A DNA stretch of 64,000 nt, from NCBI GenBank assembly GCA_900128395.1, contig LT649238.1, positions 1-64,000 of the forward strand, in the 5' to 3' direction. The stretch comes from Stramenopiles sp. TOSAG23-2 (Eukaryota). This document shows, piece by piece, positions 22,764 through 33,997 of this stretch. The translations under genes were made by a program, and so were the position numbers. The notes below the pieces were generated by a model that had not been told where the DNA came from, did not search any database, and saw only the letters and a program-made list of their open reading frames with translations. Position 1 is the stretch's first letter, and every line of letters begins with the position of its first letter.

Positions 22764-23564
22764 ATGTTATCTCATGTTGAAATTACAAAGACAGCACAAT
22801 TTGCATGCACGGCGCATGCGCTGACGACGCAGACGGAAGAGGTCATGGGCCTTTTAATAGGTGTATGGACTAAAAATATTGTACAAATTTCACATGTTCA
22901 TATCGTGAAGCGACAAAACAATACACGACAAAAAGATAGAGTAGAAATTGCACCAGAAGACGTGTCAAAAGCAGCAATAAGGGCAGAAGAGTTAGCTAAA
23001 GAAACCGGGAAAGATTTAAAAGTTGTTGGTTGGTTTCACTCGCATCCCCATATTTCGATTTTGCCGTCACATGTAGATGCTAAAACACAAGGTGAATATC
23101 AACAATATATGGACGAAAGGTTTGTTGGTTTGATATTCTCAGTTTTTGATGAAAATGTTGTAGAAATGACTGGTAGTATAAAAATGATTGCATTCCAAGC
23201 AGAGCGGGAATCGGAAAGATGGGTATATAAATTGCTAAATATGAATTTAATTAACAATGAACCAGGTAGATATGATGGATTGAGAAATAGTTTAAAAACA
23301 ATTGTAGAATCGCAACAAAAACTTGTGTTAGAAGAAGAAATTTTACATCAAGAATATTTAACTAAAGCCAACGATCAATTATTAAAACAAGCATATGTAA
23401 ATAATGTATATGAAAAATGTCTTATCCTTTTAATTGAAAATGGCTGCTTGCCTTTGTATACTATTTTAAAAGATAAAAAGTTTATGTTGAAAGATATGAC
23501 AGAACGTTTAAAATTTTTGTTAGAAACTTTACGAAGTAGACAGACAAATAGCCAAGCTATGTGA
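22764..23564 (+). CDS. BRCC3: JAMM/MPN+ K63 deubiquitinase BRCC36
   Basis: HALTTQTEEVMGLLIG, KDRVEIAPE, VVGWFHSHPHI..LPSHVD (JAMM), FVGLIFSVF. First ATG is at 22764. Confidence 0.9.
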   Translation: MLSHVEITKTAQFACTAHALTTQTEEVMGLLIGVWTKNIVQISHVHIVKRQNNTRQKDRVEIAPEDVSKAAIRAEELAKETGKDLKVVGWFHSHPHISILPSHVDAKTQGEYQQYMDERFVGLIFSVFDENVVEMTGSIKMIAFQAERESERWVYKLLNMNLINNEPGRYDGLRNSLKTIVESQQKLVLEEEILHQEYLTKANDQLLKQAYVNNVYEKCLILLIENGCLPLYTILKDKKFMLKDMTERLKFLLETLRSRQTNSQAM

Positions 23565-23806
23565 TTCAAAATATAAAAAATATGTGATTCAAAATATATA
23601 ATATTAAACGAATATATTTTAATCATTTGTGATTTGTGTGTGTTGCTGATACGAGAGTAAAAATAATTTTGATGTAACACATTTTATATAAATTCTCTAT
23701 TTTTAATTTTACTCATGTGACAATATTTTAATTTTCTTTATATTTTAAAATACTTTCTTATATATAAAATTTATTTAAATCAAAAAAAAAACACATCTCT
23801 TTTATT

Positions 23807-26299
23807 TCACACTTCTAATATAGAATCTTTATCCACTTTCATCAATCCTTTACTGACTTGCTTACTAAAATTTTCATGAACTGCATTACTATCGACAACT
23901 TCATCACCTGGAGCAACTGCATATTTTCTTATTTTTGTCTTTTTTTTAGTTTCTCCAATATTTATAACAGCACCTTCATCATTTTTCTTCTTTGCAGCCG
24001 TCATTTTCCTTTTCTTTTCAGCTTCAAGTTTTTTATCTAAATCACCATGGCCATGCGTAAAAAGGAAGGCATCTATTTCTGTTTTGCCATCACCTGCCAT
24101 CTCATTTATTTGATCAATATTATCTTTTACCATATGTGTCATCGATTCAAATTGCTTATGCATCTTACGAAGTTCTTTCAATGTCTGTTGTACCCCTGCT
24201 TTCGTTATTAACAATGCTTTATCTTTTTCATCTCTTTCTTTTAGCGAGCTCAATAAAGGTCTTTTTTTTATAGCATGGCGCTCCTCTTGCAATTTTTCTA
24301 ACTTTTTTGCAGCTTTTCTTTGTTTCTTTTGTTTTCTATAGTTTTCTCCCAAAAATCCTTCAAATCCATATAAATAAACACGTTGCAAATATGGACCGAT
24401 GCAAGGCGTTTGCCATATTTTTATTAAAACAAACTTTTTCATTTCCTTCGAAATTTTGACATCTTCAGCATTTGCGATTATATCATTTTGTTCGGCATAC
24501 GCATCACTCAAAATCGCAATGGAGATATTTAAAATAACGACATTCATGATCAACATATATAACGCATAAAAAGCGGTGGCAATCGTCCAATCCACTTCTT
24601 GTAATGATTCTAAATCAATATCTCCAAGTAAAGCTTTGAAGAGACTGACTATTGCATCCATTAAAGTTTCAAATCCTTTCACTTGTTGTCCAAAATAAAC
24701 CATAAATATAAAAGCAAATCCGATTAGAAAAAAAGTCAATATGACAAGAAAATTTGATAATTTATATACTGATGATTCCAAAGTATTTAAAATTAAAGCA
24801 AATGATGGTGCAGCTTTTGAAAATAAAAATACCAGTCGTAGCATCACAATAAAAATGATGAAACCTGCAACCGTTCTACCATAATCAACAGATTCATAGT
24901 AGTCACGAAGGTATAAAAATTGATCCGTTGTTGGATTAAGTTTTGCACCTTCCCCAATCCCACCCGGAAGGTTCATATATGCTGTAACATTGAAGATTTG
25001 CATTAAAAGATAAAGCAAAATGGTCATCCAATGAAATCCCAGATCACTTGTAAATTCATTGTAATACGTCATCCCCATTGCAATCATTTTTGAAATTTCC
25101 TCCATTATGTAAACAATGTAAATCATTAATTCAATTATGTATGCTATTCCATGAATCATTTTTTTCGGATCCGCTATATTTACAGGACTTTGTCTTCTAA
25201 AATTAAGTGGGTTTGTATATACAGCTTTAAAATGGCCTTTTGGCTTAAACCCTCCCCATGGCTGAGTAACAAATGCTAAACGGACAGATAGGAATCGATT
25301 AACCATTGGGTTATACAATGAAAAGTCAATATATAAGCAAGCAGTTTGTTCATCCAAATACGAATTGTTTTTCATAACAGTGAGTAAATGTGTTGCCAAC
25401 TCAACATCATTTTGTGGAAGTGTTATACTATATGCTGGACTTGGAAGACTGATTCCTGTTTGAGTACCATAAAGTGAAATATCAGAACTAAATTGTTTTT
25501 TCCGTTCAGTGGTAGTAGTACCGTTTATAATACCAGTTTCATTCCATCCCTCCCATGTAAACGATATTTTTTTCGTTAAATTTAAAAGTTTTGAGGGATC
25601 TGTTGTAGTGCTACCATTTGATGACTTGGATGCTGCAATAATATCCTCTTTCATTATCCCATCAAAATATCCGAACGGTGATTTATCTTCTTCAGATAGA
25701 GAAAAATAGTAGTTTTTGGTTTTATCACCATAGCAAAAAAAAGACGTATTACCCAGTTCCATATCGGCACTATCAAAGGAACATGGTTTTTTTTTAAAAC
25801 GAACTTGACCAAATCGTACTCCACCAACTTTTCTATTATATGCAAATATATCATTTTTTAAACGAGGTTGATCTTCGCCATCAAAAGTAACAGTTGAATA
25901 ATATTGTGGTATAAACCTGGTTTCTATCCACTCCCAAAAATTAGCAATTGTTACTACCTCTTCCATAGCTTGTTCACCAATCTCGTTATCATGATAAAAA
26001 TTGCCTTTTAAACGTTGGACTAAATTATACTCTTGCGGGTTACTTAATTCATAGTTTGCATAGATTGTAACCACGACAAAAAAAATATAAAAAAATATTT
26101 TCCTAACCATTCTAGCAGTAGTTTTCTTTTTCCTAGCAATAACTCTAAGTCTTTCTTTGACACGAAAAAATTTTCCTATTTTAATAGATGCTTCATATTC
26201 TGTTAACGCACGTTTTGCTTTATCATTTGTTGGATGCCATTCGTCTTCTTTCCCATCTTTTTTCCCTTTCTGGGACACGTCGTGTTTACTAGAGGGCAT
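23807..26299 (-). CDS. PKD2: Polycystin-2 (TRPP/PKD2) cation channel
   Basis: TM1, extracellular polycystin domain (FWEWI, GGVRFGQVR, YLDEQT...IDFSLYNP), five further TMs, pore SLFKALLGD, LNISIAIL.DAY, C-terminal coiled coil. Confidence 0.85.
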   Translation of the reverse strand: MPSSKHDVSQKGKKDGKEDEWHPTNDKAKRALTEYEASIKIGKFFRVKERLRVIARKKKTTARMVRKIFFYIFFVVVTIYANYELSNPQEYNLVQRLKGNFYHDNEIGEQAMEEVVTIANFWEWIETRFIPQYYSTVTFDGEDQPRLKNDIFAYNRKVGGVRFGQVRFKKKPCSFDSADMELGNTSFFCYGDKTKNYYFSLSEEDKSPFGYFDGIMKEDIIAASKSSNGSTTTDPSKLLNLTKKISFTWEGWNETGIINGTTTTERKKQFSSDISLYGTQTGISLPSPAYSITLPQNDVELATHLLTVMKNNSYLDEQTACLYIDFSLYNPMVNRFLSVRLAFVTQPWGGFKPKGHFKAVYTNPLNFRRQSPVNIADPKKMIHGIAYIIELMIYIVYIMEEISKMIAMGMTYYNEFTSDLGFHWMTILLYLLMQIFNVTAYMNLPGGIGEGAKLNPTTDQFLYLRDYYESVDYGRTVAGFIIFIVMLRLVFLFSKAAPSFALILNTLESSVYKLSNFLVILTFFLIGFAFIFMVYFGQQVKGFETLMDAIVSLFKALLGDIDLESLQEVDWTIATAFYALYMLIMNVVILNISIAILSDAYAEQNDIIANAEDVKISKEMKKFVLIKIWQTPCIGPYLQRVYLYGFEGFLGENYRKQKKQRKAAKKLEKLQEERHAIKKRPLLSSLKERDEKDKALLITKAGVQQTLKELRKMHKQFESMTHMVKDNIDQINEMAGDGKTEIDAFLFTHGHGDLDKKLEAEKKRKMTAAKKKNDEGAVINIGETKKKTKIRKYAVAPGDEVVDSNAVHENFSKQVSKGLMKVDKDSILEV

Positions 26300-27421
26300 A
26301 TTGTTCTTGATAGTTAAAAAAAAGTGGACAACGACAGGGTAAGGATTTTATACAGTGTATTGATGACAATTAAGCGGAAGACTATCAGGATATAAATGGA
26401 TAGTGTATATATGCTATATTATAACAAAAATCGTCGGACTATCAGCAATAACTATATTGAAATGTATCAAAACAGAAGAAACAACAATGGTTTTGCAATA
26501 ATTGTTACTATCTGTATCTGTAGGCTATTTTATTTTCTATTTAGAACATCTATATATCACATGTAATATTGATAGTTATCCAGTTGTTGGTATATCAGTT
26601 TTTATTATAGTTAATATCATTAATTATCGTCACATGTAAAAAAGAAGGAAGAAGTGTGTCACTGGTAACTGGTGTAGTGTCACGCCATATCACCATACTG
26701 CCATCTGCCATACTAATACTGTATACAAAGTATTATATAGGAGAAAATTGGCTCAGAAGTCTATAAAATCCCTCAGTATGTGTACCCAATCAAATAACAA
26801 TAAAACTAAAACCTTCAACGAATAATTTGATAGTTTCTATACGATATCAAATATTACGATACGAATAGTACTGTCGATTGCCTTTACATAGAATGAACAT
26901 ACTTTAACTTATCGTAGAATACACATCTATTGTAGTCAATAGTAAAGATATATAATATGCCAGCAGTAATAGTATGCTGTGCTGATGTGCTGATATGCAT
27001 GATGATAAAAAACTCTGTAAGACAAAGAAGAGCAAAAACAGCTCACACCTTTTTGCGCTCGCCTTTTTGGACTATAAAGAACATAGCATTAGTTGATAAT
27101 ATAGCATATGCATAGCACTAGATGTCATTAAGGTTTCTATTTACTATACTAATCGGTATTATTTTTGTCGTCCTTTGTGCTCCAGCTCTCCAACATCCAT
27201 TTTTTTTTTTTATACTACAACTTGTATTATTAGTAGCACTATCGGTATAGTTCCTCCTGGAGTTCAGAATAGTAGTTGCTATAATTTTTTTTACTTTTTG
27301 AATTTCAAAAAACAAAAAATCATTTGCAATGTATAGAAAAACATCATCGTATAGGAGAAAAAGAGACATAATAGTTTGAATATTTATATATAAATATCAT
27401 ATATATTTACGTATAAGAAAC

Positions 27422-30271
27422 ATGAATGATAACAGTAATAGTGGACCGGTGTCGAAATTAGTGTCGGAATTATTGAAGAAATTTATACCTAGTATTGATA
27501 GTGATGAAAAGAAACAAATCGCTCTGAGAAGATATTGTATGAGGATATTAGGTAGTGCAATTGGTGCAAATGGAGGGAGATCAAGAAATGCTACATTTGT
27601 CAACGAGAATATAAAAAAACGTTTAATACGCGCACGACCACATCATAAGGAAGGTGAAAATACAGCAAATCACTTCGACTTGTTGTATAGGCGTCTAGAA
27701 ACTAGTAGAGTTGTACGAAATAAATGGGCTATATTATCGTTATTACAAGAACTAGCAAATACGGGTAATAGTAATAGTCTTGATAATAATAATAATAACA
27801 ACAACGTACTTGCTCCTGTTACATTTAGTCTAGGCGATTTAGGTGCATACGAATCAAAAACAACAAAATCGGGGCCAACAGTACCGGTGTCTACAAAGCA
27901 AACCAGTAGTAATAAGAATAACAACAACAATAGCAACGTGGAAAATCTTTCAAGGCAAAAACTAATATATAATGATAAAACTTCCATGTTACGATATAAA
28001 ATTGATGAGAATACTTCTTTTAGTATGTCACAACAATTATTGTTACGTGATGTTATTTTTACTTTTCAAGGAATAGATGGCAAATATATACGTTTTAGTA
28101 AATCCGAAAATTCGTATGCAATAGATCCAAAAATAGGGATACCAACTCCAGTCCGAGTTTTATTGTTAAAATTATCGCATATGGGATATTTATTTCGTAA
28201 AGTAAATAGTATTATTAATAAATCTATAGCAAGGAAAGATTTAGGTATCGTAGGGCAAAGTCTGTATTTCGTATTTCAAGAACAATTAGTCGATTATTAT
28301 AGACTGATGGCGGTCTTGGAAGCACAAGTTGATCTAGGTGACCCAACTGGAATGGTAGGAGGTAATAACGACGGTAATGCAAATACAGGTATCGATGCGA
28401 ACAATGTCTCAACAAACCCATCATTGACATTAAGACGTTTGTTTGTTTGGATTCAGGACCCATATGAACGAATTAAATTGATGCATACTATAGCAGAATC
28501 AACAGCGGGGATGCGAGGTGGTGCACTTGCATCTGCTGTACACACGTTTACTCGACATGGGGATCCAATGGTTCGTTCATTTGTCAATAAAACCATGCAA
28601 GAAATAAGTGCCCCACTTTTAGCGATGATTCGCCGTTGGGTATTTGAAGGTGATTTGCAAGATCCACTTGGTGAATTTTTTGTGGTTGAACATTCGGATG
28701 TTGCAAATGCAGACATGTGGCGCAGTAAATATTCATTAAACGAATCCATGATTCCAAGTTTCATTTCTCTTGAGCTTGCTCAACGCATATTGCAAATCGG
28801 TATGACTATTAATTTCATACGTTCTTGTTGTGGAGAATCGCAATTTATATTGGATGCAACAGCATCTGCTAAATCTCAAGGAAAAGAATTTGATTATGGC
28901 GAGCCAGATTTACTTTTTATAGCAATAGATCGTGCCTCTAAAGTCGCCAATAAATTTGTCGTCGATTTAATTTTAAAAAAATACGAGTTGTGGAAGCATT
29001 TAAATGCTCTAAAGGGGTTTTTACTTCTTGGACATGGGGATTTTGTTGCGAGCTTAATGGATGCATTGGTACCAGAACTAAGTAAGCCTGCTAGCCGTTT
29101 ATTTCGACATAATCTATTGGGAGTCCTAGATGGTGCTGTTCGTGCCTCCAATGCTCAATACGATGACGAGGAAACATTACAACGTCTTGATGTCAAATTA
29201 TTGCCTGCAAAACCGGGCGATGATGGATGGGCTATATTCAGTTTAGATTACAATTTAGATGATCCGTTGAACACTATATTGACCAAAAATGCCATGGCAA
29301 AATATTTACAAGTGTTCCATTTTCTATGGAGGATCAAGCGGGTGGCGCATTCACTTGGTACATTATGGAAGCATGTAACCAACTCAAGGCATATGTTGGG
29401 ATCGTTGCCACAATTATCTACATGGGTACGAAGCTTGCATTTGTTGCGTAATGAGATGCATCGTTTCATGGAGAGTTTGCAAGGTTATTTATTGTTTGAG
29501 GTACTTGAGACATCGTGGGAAGGTTTGCGGGAAAGTATGAACGAAGCAACAGATTTAGATGAAGTTATACGCGCTCATGAGGAATATCAAAAACGTATGA
29601 TCAAAGTTGCATTACTAGGGCCAGATCTAAAAGCATTGCGAAAAGGATTACATGATGTCATGGATATTGTCATGGCATTTTGTGGTGAACATGAACGAAT
29701 ATTAACAAGTGCATTAGAAATTATACACCGTAGGAATATGTACGAACAAAATGTAAAAGCACGCTTAGACGAAGGACAATGGGGTATAGATAGCAGCAAT
29801 AACGACATTAGTTTAAATAGTAGTAATAATAACATTAGTAATATAAACGACTCATTAAACGAAAGCACTAATACGTTAAATGAGGCCGCTTACCAACTGG
29901 CATATGAGGCAAATGAGAAAGTGAAAACGACCCGTATTCAATTTACAAATAAATTCGTCGCGTTCATGAACTTAGCAGAAAAAGGATCTAGAAGCCATGG
30001 TCAAAATTTACACTTTTTAACATTCCGTATGGATTTCAATGAATTTTATGACGAAGCTAAACGTGAAGCAATGGAAAAACGAGCACAAACGAGGGGTGGT
30101 GCTAATAACGCCGACAATGACGAGGATCAACCTGCATTTGAAGAGCGATTGTTAAGGCAATTAGGAGCCAGTGGCGCTGGATACATTTCAAGACAAAATT
30201 CGTTGGATTCAGATTTAGCAAGTAATGATTTAAAATTGAGTGCCCCACCTAATGGGAAAAGTACATTTTAA
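27422..30271 (+). CDS. TUBGCP3: Gamma-tubulin complex component 3 (Spc98)
   Basis: LLRDVIFTFQGIDGKYI, LTLRRLFVW, HGDP, FLLLGHGDF, GWAIFSLDY, FEVLETSW, LTFRMDFNEFY. Confidence 0.92.
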   Translation: MNDNSNSGPVSKLVSELLKKFIPSIDSDEKKQIALRRYCMRILGSAIGANGGRSRNATFVNENIKKRLIRARPHHKEGENTANHFDLLYRRLETSRVVRNKWAILSLLQELANTGNSNSLDNNNNNNNVLAPVTFSLGDLGAYESKTTKSGPTVPVSTKQTSSNKNNNNNSNVENLSRQKLIYNDKTSMLRYKIDENTSFSMSQQLLLRDVIFTFQGIDGKYIRFSKSENSYAIDPKIGIPTPVRVLLLKLSHMGYLFRKVNSIINKSIARKDLGIVGQSLYFVFQEQLVDYYRLMAVLEAQVDLGDPTGMVGGNNDGNANTGIDANNVSTNPSLTLRRLFVWIQDPYERIKLMHTIAESTAGMRGGALASAVHTFTRHGDPMVRSFVNKTMQEISAPLLAMIRRWVFEGDLQDPLGEFFVVEHSDVANADMWRSKYSLNESMIPSFISLELAQRILQIGMTINFIRSCCGESQFILDATASAKSQGKEFDYGEPDLLFIAIDRASKVANKFVVDLILKKYELWKHLNALKGFLLLGHGDFVASLMDALVPELSKPASRLFRHNLLGVLDGAVRASNAQYDDEETLQRLDVKLLPAKPGDDGWAIFSLDYNLDDPLNTILTKNAMAKYLQVFHFLWRIKRVAHSLGTLWKHVTNSRHMLGSLPQLSTWVRSLHLLRNEMHRFMESLQGYLLFEVLETSWEGLRESMNEATDLDEVIRAHEEYQKRMIKVALLGPDLKALRKGLHDVMDIVMAFCGEHERILTSALEIIHRRNMYEQNVKARLDEGQWGIDSSNNDISLNSSNNNISNINDSLNESTNTLNEAAYQLAYEANEKVKTTRIQFTNKFVAFMNLAEKGSRSHGQNLHFLTFRMDFNEFYDEAKREAMEKRAQTRGGANNADNDEDQPAFEERLLRQLGASGAGYISRQNSLDSDLASNDLKLSAPPNGKSTF

Positions 30272-30775
30272 AAAATTAACACACACACACATACATGTAT
30301 ATATATATGACCCGGTTTTTCTGAGAGAGGACTTTTATTATTGAGCTAAACCATGTATATATTATATATGTATCAATCATACTCCTGTACATCTTATGTA
30401 CGTACAAGAGATAAAATATGATATGCACATATCATATGATATCATACGCTTATGTATGTGATATGATAATATATATATATATATATCTAAATCATTTTTG
30501 ATTTGAGATGTTAATGGACGGGAGTAAAAGAAATTTATATAATATATGAGTAAGAGAACATTTTATATATATGATTATATCATAGCATATTATACTCGTA
30601 TGATTAGTATGACCATATCATACTCGTAGATATAAATTATGATAGATAATATGATATTACATATGTATATATATGTACACACATTTACTAGATGAAAAAA
30701 ACTTTATACGTGTACGATATATATATTTTTTAAATTACGAGCATCATTATACACACCACACACATATAATTTTAA

Positions 30776-30778
<3 letters not shown>

Positions 30779-30808
<30 letters not shown>
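30779..30808. repeat. (TA)n microsatellite
   Basis: About 15 TA units. Confidence 0.9.
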
Positions 30809-30812
<4 letters not shown>

Positions 30813-30950
30813 TTTATGAATGTGTGTGCGCTGTTTTTTAAATATCATACTTTTCCATCACTTCACCACTACAAGATTATGTGATAGGATTATTTCACTC
30901 CTCGTCGTATTATATAATTTTACTAAGTTGCCTATCTTTGTATAATTCAG

Positions 30951-31355
30951 TTAATGATGATGATCATCCTCGGTATCCAGAACAGGTATTTCACCAATTC
31001 CAGTAACTTTAAATTTTATATTGTCCGTATTAACAGTTGCACCATGTGACCCACCATGTTCCCATGGTTCTCTTAAACCTAGTACTGACATACCGTCTTC
31101 TTTTGCACGATAAAATAACCATAACCACATAACTACCATCATTGTTGTTCCCATATTTTTATGTATTGGAGCAACGTGTGGAGGGGTGAAACCATTCCAT
31201 GATTTACCACCACCGCCGCCACCCATGAATCGTACACCACCTACTAACCTGTTATTACTATTATTGGTTGCGCTTGTTCTCATCATATTTGCAGAACGAC
31301 ATGCAGGCATACGGCCCGACCGTGTTAAATTTTTAACTATATTTAAAAACGACAT
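30951..31355 (-). CDS. NDUFB2: Complex I subunit NDUFB2 (AGGG) with mitochondrial presequence
   Basis: R-rich presequence, then MGGGGG...PPHV..IH...MWLWLFYRAKEDG..VLGLREPWEH. Confidence 0.85.
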   Translation of the reverse strand: MSFLNIVKNLTRSGRMPACRSANMMRTSATNNSNNRLVGGVRFMGGGGGGKSWNGFTPPHVAPIHKNMGTTMMVVMWLWLFYRAKEDGMSVLGLREPWEHGGSHGATVNTDNIKFKVTGIGEIPVLDTEDDHHH

Positions 31356-32152
31356 TATCAAGAATAAAGCAAAAACAAATATGAATTATATATATTGAAA
31401 AAACAATTTCAAAAAAATATATACACACACGCAAAAAAGATGTTATACAAATATAATTTTGCCTTCTATTCTTGCTGTATGGTATATTCAATTTATTATC
31501 TGTTTTGTATTTATTATTTTCCCTTGTAACTTGTCCAACTATTATTATACATATTTCTATCCACACATGATGACAAACAACATGCAAAAAACGTTGTTTA
31601 TTTTGACCTTCATTCATTTTTTTGTGAGAAGTTGCTGAAGAAGAATTTTTGGATTTTTTTTTTGGCAATTTGAGTGAACCTTGTAAATTTATTAGTGCTA
31701 TTTCTATGGCACTAATATTGGCCTTCGGCTGTCTTTTCTTTGCTATGTCTATAGTAAAGATAAGACTACAGAAAGTTAGACTTAACTTTCATAGGCGAAA
31801 TGCCCCGAGATGTTTCGAGAGATGATGGCACTATGCTGCCAGACTTTTTTTTTCGAATGCTGTGTAGTGCACTAGTGGTATGTTCTGTATATTTAATAGT
31901 ACTATAGTACAATAATGCTGTTTCTTCCTTTTATTTTTCCTTCCTTCCTCTTCTTCTGTGATATTTTCTTTTAGTTGTTCGAAAAAAGGAGGGGCATCAC
32001 AAATAATATATGATAGTATAAGTAAATATAATAATACAGCACATATATATATGAATATATATGTATATATATACATTCGTGGAGGTAACATATACATTGA
32101 TTGTTTTAATATATATATATACTGGTATATTCAAACATTATAATATTATAAA

Positions 32153-33127
32153 ATGAACCGTTTATTATTACTAATTGTATTATCAGCAACATATGTTTTA
32201 GCAGTTGCTGCTACAAATGAAGTTATCGTAGAAAAACCAACACTTGTTGGGAGACTAAAAAACCACTTAAACTCTTTATTGAGCTTAGTAGAAACAAAGG
32301 AAGAAGGTGAGCCATCACCAGTCAAAGCCAAGTTTGATGCTATTTTGAATGCGCCAGAAAAACCTGGGCATGATGAAGCATTAGATGAGGAAGGAAAACC
32401 TGTCTTCAACGGTACGAAAAAAGTTGGATTCGACAAAGGGGAGTTGGATCCGTTGTTTGATGAAGTAGAAAATAAAACTAACGCTACACGTGTAGTAGCA
32501 GTAACATTTCATGGTCGTAAGCATAAGAAACCGAGAAAGACACCAACAGTAATAGAATTGAATACGCCGACATTATATAACGATCGTATTAATTACCGTA
32601 AAGCAAGAAAAGTTATGGCTGAAGTCATGTCGGAATATCCTGATAAACATAGAGAAGTAGAATTATCAACCCACGCACGTTGTGTAGATACTGATCCATA
32701 TTTTCCAGGTTGGAAAAATCCAACTGTCTTTACGAATCCTACACCAATGCGTAAATATGCAAGAAATGTTGCGGTAAAAATACATGAAAATACTGCAGCC
32801 AATGTTATGCACGAAGCTACAACAGTTATTACAGATACACCTGTCAACACAGAGGAGAATCTAAAACCAGCAGATCACTCAACTGAAGAAATAATTAGTG
32901 ACGGACAAACTCATCATACACTGAAGTCACCAAAAGAAGAAGAAACAATAATATCATTAGACAAAGGTATCAAAGAGATGGCAGAGATCATGAAAACCAA
33001 CGAAACGCTAGGCGCTGAAAATAATTTGAAGAAATTACAACAAGCAGAAAAAGATAGAGAGGCCAAAGAGGATGCAGAAGAAGAAGAGGAAGCTAAAGAT
33101 GATGAAAATCCTAAGGAGGCTCAATAA
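32153..33127 (+). CDS. Secreted hypothetical protein
   Basis: 324 aa, clear signal peptide (MNRLLLLIVLSATYVLAVAA), acidic C-terminus. No family recognised. Confidence 0.75.
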   Translation: MNRLLLLIVLSATYVLAVAATNEVIVEKPTLVGRLKNHLNSLLSLVETKEEGEPSPVKAKFDAILNAPEKPGHDEALDEEGKPVFNGTKKVGFDKGELDPLFDEVENKTNATRVVAVTFHGRKHKKPRKTPTVIELNTPTLYNDRINYRKARKVMAEVMSEYPDKHREVELSTHARCVDTDPYFPGWKNPTVFTNPTPMRKYARNVAVKIHENTAANVMHEATTVITDTPVNTEENLKPADHSTEEIISDGQTHHTLKSPKEEETIISLDKGIKEMAEIMKTNETLGAENNLKKLQQAEKDREAKEDAEEEEEAKDDENPKEAQ

Positions 33128-33241
33128 AAGTGTATGATACTCGCTAAAAATTAATTTTTATGATAATTTAAAAAAATATAAAGAAAAGTGATATTAATAT
33201 ATGATGTATCCATATATCTGGTAGTTTAAAATTTTGCAAAA

Positions 33242-33386
33242 TGTAGAAACGGTGCACAATATCTGTGCACCGATAACATTACCTTAAATGTAATTATATA
33301 ATAGGTTATAATATAGTACATATTTAAGGATAATAATATTACATGTATTTTGAGAACGTGAACAGATATTGTACACGGCATTTACA
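33242..33386. repeat. Degenerate foldback/MITE-like inverted repeat (145 bp)
   Basis: The left arm TGTAGAAACGGTGCACAATATCTGTGCAC matches the reverse complement of 33358-33386 at 23/29 positions. Inner CCTTAAAT...ATTTAAGG arms. No TSD seen. Confidence 0.55.
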
Positions 33387-33453
33387 CCGCACACAGCAGG
33401 TAAAAAAATCCTATATCGATAATCACTATGGCTGAAATAAGCCCTTTTTTTTA

Positions 33454-33661
33454 ACTATTTTTTCATGGCTTCACTCGGCCTCTAATCGGATCACTGGCCT
33501 TTTTACCCTGTAACTCGTACTAAAAGAATACTTGGTATGGTCCTATATATCCCCTTTACTATTTTTTCATGGCTTCACTCGGCCTCTAATCGGATCACTG
33601 GCCTTTTTACCCTGTAACTCGTACTAAAAGAATACTTGGTATGGTCCTATATATCCCCTTT
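33454..33661. repeat. Exact tandem duplication, 2 x 104 bp, just inside the left TIR
   Basis: 33454-33557 = 33558-33661. Confidence 0.95.
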
Positions 33662-33997
33662 AGTGCGCACCTGCTAATTTTCCCCCATGGGAATAGCATT
33701 GATGTCTTATACACATTTCCAGCAATTAAAAAATCTCATTTAGTATACAATCTACCTATCAAGAGAATACTACGTCAATCACGTCAGATATTTTTTTTGG
33801 CGAATGGGTTTTTTTTTTTGTAAATTCACAGAACCATTTCACACACATACATATTATAGTATTGTATTATTATATATACTATAGACTATTATAAAGTGTT
33901 GTAACACTGTTGATAATTTCCAAATTGATCTAAAGAATAATGCTAATAAAAGCAACGCATTCTATACTTTCAACAATTATTGCAAGTGTCTGCAAAA

